Assembly: GCA_964187785.1 (NCBI GenBank)
Contig: OZ076417.1
Coordinates: 44,082,001 to 44,146,000, forward strand
Source of the DNA: Amphiscolops sp. MND2022
Lineage: Eukaryota
Direction of reading: 5' to 3'
Length of the DNA stretch: 64,000 nt
Below the pieces are notes generated by a model. It worked only from the letters and a program-made list of their open reading frames with translations, searched no databases and had not been told where the DNA came from. Position 1 is the first letter of the stretch, and every line of letters begins with the position of its first letter. Of this stretch, positions 1-9,863 are shown piece after piece. The position numbers and the translations under genes are program-made.

Positions 1-2914
1 CAAATTCATCCCAATCGAGTTTTAGGCGCCAAGATTCTTGAAAGAAACATTTCAATTTAATTACGACTGGGGCGAGGAGCCCAAGGGGATCAAAAATGCG
101 AGATGAGTCGGACAAAAGTAATCGTTTTGTTAGCGGTTGTTGCGGAATGCTAAATGCTTCGAAAAACGAAACGTCTTTGCTGGGGTTCCACTGAACGCCT
201 AGCTCTTTTACTGCGTGAGATTTGTCAAAGCGGAGATTCTCAGTTTCGTGAAGAGGAGCTGGAATGGAATCAAGAACTTCCATTGAGTTTGAGGACCACT
301 TCCGAATTTCAAAACATGAGTTTTTAAAACATTCGAAAATCCTTTCGAACATTTCTATGCCTTCGGAAACACTGTCAGCGCCAGTGACTAAGTCGTCTAC
401 GTAAAAGTCGCGTTCTATGATTGGTGAGGCAATTTCATCAAAATTAACCCTCGCGGCTTCAAAAAGTGAGCGAATAGAGTGAAAAGACGAAGAGGCGATA
501 CCGTAAGTCACCCTCGTCATGCGGAAGTGTTCTAACACATCGTTTGCGTTCCATCGCCACACAATGCGATGGAAGTCTTTAGCGGATTTTTCTAATGCAA
601 TTTGCCGATACATTTTAGTTATGTCGGCTGAGAGCGCGATTTTGTGTTTTCTGAAGCGAAGTAGAATTTTGAAAAGGTCGTCCTGAATTTTAGGACCTAC
701 CATTAGAGAATTGTTCAAAGAGATGTTTTGCTTTTGAGCGGAGCCGTCAAAAACATCTCTAGTTTTGGTTGTAGTGCTGCTTTGTTTGAAGACAGCGTGA
801 TGAGGAAGGTAAGCGACATGAGAGGGAATTTTTACAAGTTCATCCTTTGGAACTTTTTCTAGATGACCTAGATCGACAAATTCTTTGATGAAGGCGCAAT
901 AGTCGTTTTTCAGTTGGTCATTTTTGAGGAAACGTTTTTCCAAAAGCGTGAAGCGGCGAGACGCCGTTGAAAGCGTGAAGTCGAGATTAGGAGGTGTTTC
1001 GTTTTTGAACGGCAATTCTACTTGAAATCTGCCATTTGCAAGACGCTTAGTAGTTTCAACGAAGTGCTTTTCACAAGCAATTTCTTCTGCGGAAAGTTTT
1101 TGATATTTTGGCACTTCTAATTGCCAAAATTTGCTCAAGTCGAAATCATCAACGACAACATGAAAAGTTCGAACCCGATTCAAACGCTGACAGTCGGTGA
1201 TGCAGCCTGAGACTATCCAACCAAAAATGGTTTCGCGAAGAAAAACACTATCTTGCTGAATTTTTGCCTCAAGTACGATGTGATCGTATATGTCCGCGCC
1301 CAAAAGCAAGTCAATCTGACTTGGAATATTAAAATTTGGATCAGCTAATTTGACGTTTTTCAAACTAGACCAGTTTCTCGTCGTAAAATAGGCGGTTGGA
1401 AGGGCGTTCGTTATTTTAGTCAAGACAGCGCATTTGACCTTGAGATCACAATCTTGACCTAGCGTCAAGTCAACTGAACCATTTGATTGTGCTAAGTTTT
1501 CACCTCCGACGCCTTGAATCGTAATGTTACGCTTTCGGCTTTTCAAATTCAACCGCTGAAGACAGTCTTCAGTGATGAAGCTACTTTCAGCTCCAGAATC
1601 AAGAAGAGCGCGGCAAAAAACAAGTTCGTTTTGACCGTTCAAGACAGGCACGAGTGCTGTAGCGAGAATAGTTTGACTATTTGAGTAGCGTAACTGAAAA
1701 CTTTGAGAAGTTTGATCAGCCGAGCTGATCACTGCGTTTGATTCATCATGAATCAACGAATGATGCCGTTTTTTGCAATGTCAACATGTCGAAGCACTTG
1801 TGCAGTTTCGACTTTGATGAACGTGCGAAAGACAATTGAAACAAAGATTGTTTGTTTTGACGAACTCCTTTCTTTTGGCGATTGGTGAAGCAATGAATTT
1901 TTGACAAGCGTAGATTTTGTGGGTATCCTTACAGAACGGGCATTTGTCGTGGGCTGCTACATGAACAACGAGCGATTTTTGCATTTTGGGCGTCTGAACT
2001 TTCAAATAAGCAGCCTCAAGAGCCGTTGCTCTATTTCCGACAAACGTTTTTAAGTCGCTATAGGATGGAAGATCCGTGCCTGAGTTCTGGGAAGCGTGTT
2101 GCTCCCAATCTTTTCTAGTTACTGCGTCAAGGCGTTCCGTGACTAAGTAAATTAGGATAGGATCCCAAGAATCAGCGTCGACGCCAAGATTCTGAAGACA
2201 AGAAACATTCTTGTCCGTTGTTTCGATCAACTTCCTCAATAATGTAGCGTTTTCACTTTTGATTGCGTTAAAACCTACAATCGAGTGGATATGTTCGCGA
2301 ACGATGACCTTTTTGTTCTCGTAACGCTTTCGCAAAATGTTCAACGCGACACTATAATTTGTATTTGTGATCGTCAACGAACTTATCAAACGATGAGGTT
2401 CTTCCTTCACAGATGTTTTTAGGTACTGTAGTTTTTGAGCATCGGACAATGTTCTGTTTGAATCGACTGAGGCCGTAAAAAGATCAATAAACGACATCCA
2501 TTCAGTGTAGCGTCCGGAAAAACTAGGCAAATCGAGTTTCGGTAGTTTGACGGATTTCTCGGAAGCGCTAGAGGCCGCGAAAGAAGAACTAGGCTCCGAA
2601 GTGGCCACTTTTTTCTCGAGTTTAGCTGTGGCGTTGTATATTTTCTTTTTGCCGGCATCGCACATGTCTTCAAACCTTCCGTAGTGAGTCGATTCTTCCT
2701 CCATGTCCACATCATCTAGTGTCATCACTTCATGTTGAATGTTTGCGAATTCGGCGAATGCGAGCGCAAGACGTTCTTGTAAGGACGTTGCGTCAGCCTG
2801 ATCAAAGTTTACGTCTTTTATCGACTTTGAGATCTTAGCGCAAACGCGTTCGATTTTTATTTCGGCTACCGAGCGTTTCTTGAGAAGCGTTTCAAATTTT
2901 GAAGGTTTAGTCAT
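1..2914 (-). mobile_element. BEL/Pao LTR retrotransposon gag-pol (5' part; runs off the left edge)
   Basis: ORF 1781..2914 is a DUF1759-type Gag (KLPKLDLPSFSGRYTEW; Cys/His knuckles). Manual translation past the TGA at 1781-1783 stays in frame: HCKKRHHSLIH, protease LLDSGAESSF, YLPHHAVFK, RT FYVDDL (~385-405), and RIFDPLGLLAP...WDE at the window edge. Confidence 0.93.
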
Positions 2915-2921
2915 TTTCCAA

Positions 2922-2939
2922 ATCCGGGTCGGCGGACCA
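2922..2939 (-). promoter_or_regulatory. Primer-binding site of the BEL element (tRNA-Tyr-like)
   Basis: Minus strand TGGTCCGCCGACCCGGAT lies just after a ...AAACA LTR-like end and just before the gag ATG. The tRNA assignment is by resemblance to tRNA-Tyr 3' ends. Confidence 0.7.
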
Positions 2940-2941
2940 GA

Positions 2942-3240
2942 TGTTTCGTAGCAAAGAAACTAAAAGAGAGAGCGAAAAGGGACGGCGGACCAGCGAAAGA
3001 TGAGCGCAAAAAAAGATAGAAAAAAACACGCGTTGAAACGATGTTCAAAAAAGAGCAGTCAAAGAGTTTCGCGAAACGAGTGTGTTGAGAAAAAGAAGAC
3101 CTAAAGAGAGCTGCGGTTAGAAAAGTAAAGCAATGTCTTATCTTAGACAAAAAATCGCGTGAAAACAAGAGAAAGCTTCGCGATTCTTCGTTGAATCGAG
3201 ACCGCCCTTTTGTTGAAGCTTCACTCGCAAAGATTTCACA
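2942..3240 (-). repeat. Putative 5' LTR of the BEL element
   Basis: Inner end (ACA on minus) abuts the PBS. The outer TGT at 3240 is a guess because the partner LTR is outside the window. Confidence 0.4.
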
Positions 3241-3935
3241 CTAGCTAAGATAAGCTTAAGAACTTGGTCTTAGAACTTAGGCCTTAGCTACGCTCGATGT
3301 TGATGTGAGATCAACTCAGCCGTTCGAAGAGAACCAAACAATAGAACCACTCAGTACTTCCACTAAGTCATGGGTTCCCGCTGTGAGTGAACGGTGTTTT
3401 CTCAATGTTTCCAATGAAGGTTCTCTTATCTTAGAATCGCAAGCGAAGGGGGAGAGTGGGGAAGGAGTCTTAATCGAGCAAATCCCGATGCTTGATTTGC
3501 TTTCAGAAGGTTCACTTTTGATCAAAGATCAGTGAAAGTTCTGTATTTTCTTGAATTGCGAGTCCGACTAGGGAAGGGAAGCAGTAGCCAAGAGCTCCAG
3601 AGAAGCATAGCTTTCTGCTCTGAAAAACTAGGCCGTGTGACAAGTTTAAATTGAAAATGATGATGAGATCATTGCAATTTCCAGACATAAAGACGATAGT
3701 TTACATTTATGTATAATGATATTAAGGAACTCAAAACAAAAAGTATCTTTATAGGATGAGACAATGTTAGCTCAAGCAGTTTAGGATCAAAACAAAGCGT
3801 CGATTATTAAAGAGTAGAGGATTGTGTGAAATTTGAGGCAGTTTCAAAGTTTGAGGGAGTTTCATGAATGCATTATACTAATTGTTTGTTCAACTGCGAG
3901 TTTTGCATTGGCGATTGCATCAGCCACTTGAATGA

Positions 3936-4075
3936 CGGCCATGTTGATGCAGCAAAGTTCACTTCGGTCGGCCATGTTGATACTGCAAAGTTCACCGTGA
4001 CCGAAACGGCCATGTTGATACTGCAAAGTTCACCGTGACCGAAACGGCCATGTTGATGCAACAAAGTTTACCGTG
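3936..4075. repeat. Minisatellite, ~4 units of 33-38 bp (CGGCCATGTTGATACTGCAAAGTTCACCGTGACCGAAA)
   Basis: Units start at 3936, 3969, 4007 and 4045. Confidence 0.9.
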
Positions 4076-4679
4076 TGACATCCGTAGTTCAAGTTGATGT
4101 TGTTGAACAAATGGAAATATAATTCGCTCCAAAAATCATACCTGGATTTATTAGCCTGGACCAGTTAATGTATTCTTAATCGATTCAAAAATTTTAAACC
4201 GTCGAATCAAAAAGTAGCTGACTGTTCAACCCTAGCCCAATTCATGAACGGATGCTGAAGAACAAATAAAAGCTATCACAGCTGGTTAAGACAGAATTTT
4301 GGAAACTGTCATATTATTGATCGCGGAAGCTACTTTTTATAATGAAAATTCGATTGAATTTATCAAGTTTAACAAATCATCACAACATTGTTTAGTTCAA
4401 AACCAACTTTCTTTGGTGAACGAATGTGATGCTGATTATATTAAACGGATTAACCTGTTATTTTACTGATCAGATAAAAATCTTAAACTGGTCTAGGCTT
4501 TAATACCGATCGCTCCCATTCTCAAAACACATAATTTTGACTATAAATCGGAAGAAATCACCGTTTGTTTCCGGATGCTTGCTTTCCAACAATTACTAGA
4601 GGGAACCTTTCATGCAAGTTTCATCAAACGTTTCAAGTTCCCCTGATTAATTAACAATTTTGAATCATGCTTTAACGCA

Positions 4680-7477
4680 TCAATTTCTCTCCTCCACAAT
4701 CAAATTTTCTGAAATAAGAATCGAAACCAATATGAAATTTCGATATTTCGGATAGTATTGTAAAAGTGGACATTCCTTATTCCATCCAGAAACTTCCATA
4801 ATAAGTACTTTGACGCTGAGGAGATCCTTGTTCTCGGGCAGAGAGAATACAGAGAAGGTTGTGTCACCCGTATAGGCCACCTGTGGCTGTAAGTAGTAGT
4901 AGAACAGGTAGCCATAGCAGGGAATAGAGTGCGTTGACCTGAACGGTTTCACCAGCCAGCCGGTACCCAACTCTGAAAAAGAATCCAGCTCAGAATGAGG
5001 AGGTAAAGACCCATTCCAAACAGGGATCTAAAATCACTAAACAGCTAGTTTCATAATCACTACTTATGTTAAAAGCTTTTGCAATATTCATTTTCAATTG
5101 AATTCATCACGATTATTTTCTGACTAATCTATGTTTTTGCTCATCCAAGCTGCTTTTGTTTTTCGAACTTCACACTCCTAGATATTTCAAACCTAGAATC
5201 TCACATTCCGATGGTGCTTCACGTAATTCCCAGAAAACCCTATGGTAGTTTGGTAGATTGAAAGCTGGCTAGACACTGAAAAATTATCGAAATCTTACAC
5301 TGCCAACACATTTATTTGAAAAGAACACTTTAAAAAAAACTTAAAAAAACTTTCTAAGCCAATCATCAAAAAAGCGACAACTCTTTTGTGAAATAATTGT
5401 GAGAGCTCAGAAAGCATTCGACACTTCACCTGTTTCAATAATGTCACAGATTAACTAGAAACATTTTCAAAATGTAACGCCATCAAAGACTCCACATACC
5501 GATTTGAGAGTTCATGTTGACACTCTTCAGGTCCAAGTGAGGAAGAAAGCCATCGGAGCATCCCACAGTGAGAGTCTTGGCCACTGCTTCCTTTAACCCC
5601 GTCGATATAAAATTGGGTGCGTAAGCTGTGAGATTAGGATTAATCGCCGGGTTGTCTAAAACATTTGCTGCTAAAACTTCCTCCATCTTAATAATTCAAG
5701 ACAAACTAAATTTAGTTTTTAAGTATATCAACGTGTATATCGACTTAGTGGAAGCCAAGCACAAAGAGATTACACACAGATGATTTCAAAATGTGCGATA
5801 AAAATTCTGCTCCAGGATTGTGGATATTTACGAAGGGGGGTTTAAGGAGAAGATAACGTTACACCACTACAATTCAAGTGGACTTGTGTACTACCTTTTT
5901 TCATACGAAAATTCACAATATCAGCAAATTTTTTTCAAATTCACATGAAAATCCTCACATGAGTTTGTTTCTCTTCACTTGGGTATTTGCTTGCCAAAAA
6001 CTACGTTGGTAGACGAAGTTTTTAGTTATGTGAACGAAGGCTGTCCCAATGGATTCGGCTCCGTGGTTTTAAGAAATTGACCGAGGAATTTAATGGCTCA
6101 CGTTAATGGCTGAACTGTTTCAGGAAAATACAAATAGGATTTATGATTTTTTTTGAAAATCTTTCAGACACGACTCATTTTCTTTTTGATTGTTTTGAGG
6201 CTTCCATTAAACGGGCTTTTACCTCTGGAAGTCTCTTCAGCTGAATTTGTTTTTTGTAAGTTGTTTGTTTGTAAAATTCAACAGATACAATTCAATTATT
6301 ATTATACAGTGGCATCCGGCTAATTCGTATCGCTAAGGACCGAATAAAATAGTTCGAATAGTGAGAAATGCGAGTTAACAGGATGATATTACTTTGGTCG
6401 TCCCGAAATGGGGATTTCAGATGCGTACGAATTATCCGGATACGAATTAACCGAAGTTGACTGTATTAAGGAATTAGATTTTAATGGTTAATCAAGGGAC
6501 AAAAACAAACGGAACGGCTAGTTTTTTTGTCATAGACTAAAGTCGTCAGGAAGAATCAAAAGAATATGGTCCACTTTTTATTGACAAACTTCGAAAAGCA
6601 AAAATGGCTTTAGCTTGTGATTGACTTTGTATCCAGATAATTTGGGTTCGAGGTTCATATTAATGAGCAAAAAATTTGGGTATCCTATTGTTGTTAATCG
6701 CTACAGCTCAACTGGTTCCCTTAGTGCTAGAGGTGTACCGGATAACAAGTCCGATCCGGTATCCGGCCGGATTTTAGGAAAATGTCCTGTCCGGTATCCG
6801 GCAGCACTTTTTACAATGTCCGGCCGGATATTATCTCAAAATAATAATCTTAAATAATCGGAATATCTAACTTCGAAAAAGTGTATGTGCATCGAAAAAT
6901 TGAATTTGTGACTGTGAATCAAAATTCATTAAATTATGGCGGCGGGAAAATAGTTTTTCACCGCTGTAGTAAAAGCTTGCGTCGTTTTTCGTAATCCTCA
7001 TTGCCCAATTCTGAAAACAGCCCTTCATCGCTTATGATTGAGTATAATGTCCGGTCCGGCCGGTATCCGGCTTCAATCAATCCTGTCCGGCAGGACGGAA
7101 ATTTTCCTGTCCGGTGCACCTCTACTTAGTGCTACGAAACAACCGGATTCACTGCAGCTATTTTTCGCATTTCATGCAAATATGACAACAGAAAACCTCC
7201 AAAAATAGCTACGATACTCATTTTAATGGAATGCGATAACAGAAAATCGTTACTTACTTTTGTTTCCAACGTATCTTTTGCCCAAAGCATTAGTCAAGGA
7301 CGCGCAGTGATCAGGGTGGCCGTGCGTGATAAAAATAGCGTCGACATATAGCAACTCATTGCGAGCTGTTCCCACGTCGAGTCCCACATTCAGCCCCTCG
7401 TAGTCGTTTTTAACCACCATGCATGTCTCCAAACCCCCAATGGACCAGTCAATTACGTCAAAACCAGAAACATACAT
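4680..7477 (-). CDS. tRNase Z (TM/plant TRZ1-type)-like metallo-beta-lactamase; spliced, 3' end unresolved
   Basis: Exons 7258-7477, 5500-5655 and one starting at 4972, joined by GT-AG phase-1 introns. Motifs: WSIGGLETC, GLDVG, FITHGHPDH (HxHxDH), FRSTHSIPCYGY, VAYTGDT, LIME. No downstream HxH/HFS exon found. Confidence 0.7.
6305..6465. mobile_element. Tc1/mariner-type MITE
   Basis: TA-flanked imperfect TIRs (TACAGT..CGGCTAATTCGTATC / GATACGAATTAACCG..ACTGTA). A related copy lies in opposite orientation at 55417-55593. Confidence 0.75.
6728..7124. mobile_element. hAT-type MITE with 8-bp TSD
   Basis: TIRs TAGAGGTG(T/C)ACCGGA; TSD CTTAGTGC at 6720-6727 and 7125-7132; subterminal TCCGG repeats. 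Confidence 0.9.
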
Positions 7478-7786
7478 AATCTGAAGCAAAAACAAGACAA
7501 GAAAGCCTCAAGTAGTGCCCGGCGTAAGGCTCAAAACACGCTTATATCCCCCAGACTAAAAATGGGGTGCTTAAGAATGTTAAGTGTATAAACCCATCGC
7601 CTTTATTAGCCATTATCGTTCTCAACAACCTCAATATTCAACTTTAATTTGAAGTGTTTCACTTAAACAATACAAGTTCTCTCACCGGAAAACTGTCTTG
7701 TACACTAACAAAAATATTAGACGATTAATTTTTATTTAATTCTAAATGCTCAAAAAACTTCTTGCAAGTCTACTTTGTTTTCAAAT

Positions 7787-8816
7787 TCATAGATCTTCGC
7801 GACACCCAAAACCCGGCCCAGTAGGCGGTGTGGTCAGTGACGTCAGTCCGGTGATGGGCTCAGCCGCGTACCTGCCACTCTGGGGCCCAGTTTTTGGTTT
7901 CTTCCCTGCCGCCAATTCGTCAATTATTCGTTCCATGTCAGAAATTTTGAGGTCTTCGTAATAATCATCGTTTATCTGAACCATGGGCGCATTAACACAT
8001 GCACCTAAACACTCGACAATTTCGAGGGAAAACATTTTGTCCTTAGTCATGTGACCAGGTTTGATTTTCAGTTTCTTCTCGATAGAGGCGAGAATATCAT
8101 TGGCTCCACAGAGTTCACAGGGAGTGGTTCCACAAAGCTGGATGTGGAATTTTCCAACTGGTTCGCGCTGGAACATGGTGTAAAAAGTGGCGACTTCGTA
8201 GACTCGCATTTTGGGCATATTGAGTATTCTGGCGACCTCATTCATCGCCGAGATGGGAACCCATCGATTCTGTCGTTGAGCAAGGTCCAAAAGAGGAATC
8301 ACAGCCGCTGCCTTCAGCGAAGAATTGTCAAAAAATGAGTTTGGCCTAAATCCAACCACTTTTCACTACTACTCAAATTCCACTGTTACTTTAAAAATAA
8401 ATTATTAACAATGTTCGTGACTCAGAATCCAAAAAAACTTGACTTCTAAATGTTTTCACGGGACTTGGACCTAAAAAAGTGCAATGGAAACAACAAATTC
8501 AAAAAAAACGATCCTGTAAGATACTTCAACGATCCAAACTTTATCAAACGGCTTCTTTGGAGTTCAAGAAATAACAACCAAAACTTCATTATGTTATATA
8601 TTTTTTGACAATTCATGCCTTGTGTCCTTCGGGGTAATTTGCCATGATAGTTTCGATTCGCCTTTTGTTCTCAGGAGTGAACTCGAAAGGTGTGTTCGCA
8701 TTGTTTTCAGGAGAGTCCCGATGCACTGCCAGTTTTTCAGAGAGAAGTCTGTTGTTGCAGTTCACACTGATAGACCGTCTCAAAGTGTGACTCACCAGAC
8801 GCTGAATGCTCCTCAT
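7787..8816 (-). CDS. NDUFV2: NADH dehydrogenase (ubiquinone) flavoprotein 2, 24 kDa subunit
   Basis: Exons 8619-8816 and 7787-8311 give ...[19 protein letters not shown]...YPEGHK|[14 protein letters not shown]...CGTTPC...[11 protein letters not shown]...GPGFG, with the four 2Fe-2S cysteines intact. Confidence 0.97.
8312..8618 (-). other. 307-bp GC-AG intron of NDUFV2 with terminal inverted repeats
   Basis: Only a GC..AG junction restores GHK|AAAVIP. AAGGCA spans both junctions. Perfect 14-bp inverted repeat at 8322-8335 / 8601-8614. Confidence 0.85.
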
Positions 8817-8850
8817 AGCGAAATCTTAAATACACAGATCAGTCAAAAAA

Positions 8851-9340
8851 AAAGACGGGAACGTCTAAAGTCGGCGCTATATCTAAGGCTCAAGAAGCGC
8901 AAAAAATTTTTTTTCAAAAAAAATTTTGAATATTTTTTCTTTCAGAAATAGTGGCATAGTGCCGAAAAATGTAAAAGGGGGACCCTTTGGGCTTCATCAA
9001 CATATATTTTGTTGCAAAATATCAAAAACTCGAAAGGGGGACTCTTTTGATACATTAAAAAATTTTTGAAAAAAAGTCGCACAATGCCGAAAAAAAAATT
9101 GTAAGGGGGACCCTTTAGTCTCGTCCGGTTTTGTAGGCTACGGTAAAATAGTAAAATATGAAAGGGGGGACCCTTTTGCACTAATTTCCGCTGACCGGAC
9201 TCGGCCTTATGCTAGTAGTTTTAGTAGTTTCGATTGTAAGAAAAGTGGCCCAATCAGAGTGAGATTGTAGTCTGACGAAAAAAAAAAACTAGCCACTGTA
9301 AGTGTCGGGCACTTTTCTCTAGAAAAGCGCCGACAAAAAC
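8851..9340 (+). mobile_element. Non-autonomous Helentron-type (HINE/DINE-like) element, family A
   Basis: Starts A(A/C)AAGACGGGAACGTCTAAAGTCGGCGCTATATCTAAGG and ends with a GTCGGGC..GCGCCGAC hairpin plus A-run; internal GGGGGACCCTTT repeats. Classification is by architecture only. Confidence 0.7.
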
Positions 9341-9376
9341 AAGTCAAGAGCAGCTCAAAGTCGGCGCAAAAAATAA

Positions 9377-9444
9377 GACACTAGTGAGATTCGAACTCGG
9401 TTCTCGTGATTCGGAAGCCAGCACGTTAACCACTAGCTAGCGCC
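9377..9444 (-). pseudogene. tRNA-derived sequence (SINE head or tRNA pseudogene)
   Basis: Minus strand has an A box (TAGCTAGTGGT), a B box (GAGTTCGAATC) and pairable ends GGCGCTAG/CTAGTGTC. The anticodon stem is imperfect. Confidence 0.55.
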
Positions 9445-9863
9445 AAATAAGACTTTCAGAAGAGACAGTCGATAGTAAAACTTGAAGACAAGTAATAAGA
9501 TGATACACCAGAAGCCATTTAAGCTTAACACATTCTTTCTTCATAAAAAACAGTTGAAGATAGACCGCGTTTCACTCGACTATTGAGGTATTTCATGACC
9601 AGCACAAATGTGAGGATATCGCCTTTTGGAAATGTATCAGTCGAACTACTTCTGTCGTCTTATTCATCTATACAGACAACTCACCCAGATCTCTTTGAAG
9701 TGCGAACAACATAACTGTCAAAAATTAATTAGAAAATCTCATAAACTGTGACAAAAATGAAACACTGGAAATTCGATCGCGAAGCAGATCGTGCTGCTGC
9801 AGAATCGATTTTAGCACACTAAAACTATATTTATAAATGTATCATAAATTTATCGAATTTATA

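Noticed and set aside
3936-4075. CRISPR-like array or coding repeat
   Set aside because: No unique spacers, unit length is not a multiple of 3, and the context is eukaryotic; an ordinary minisatellite.
9377-9444. Functional tRNA gene
   Set aside because: The anticodon stem is mispaired and the sequence is fused to a TE terminus; kept only as tRNA-derived.
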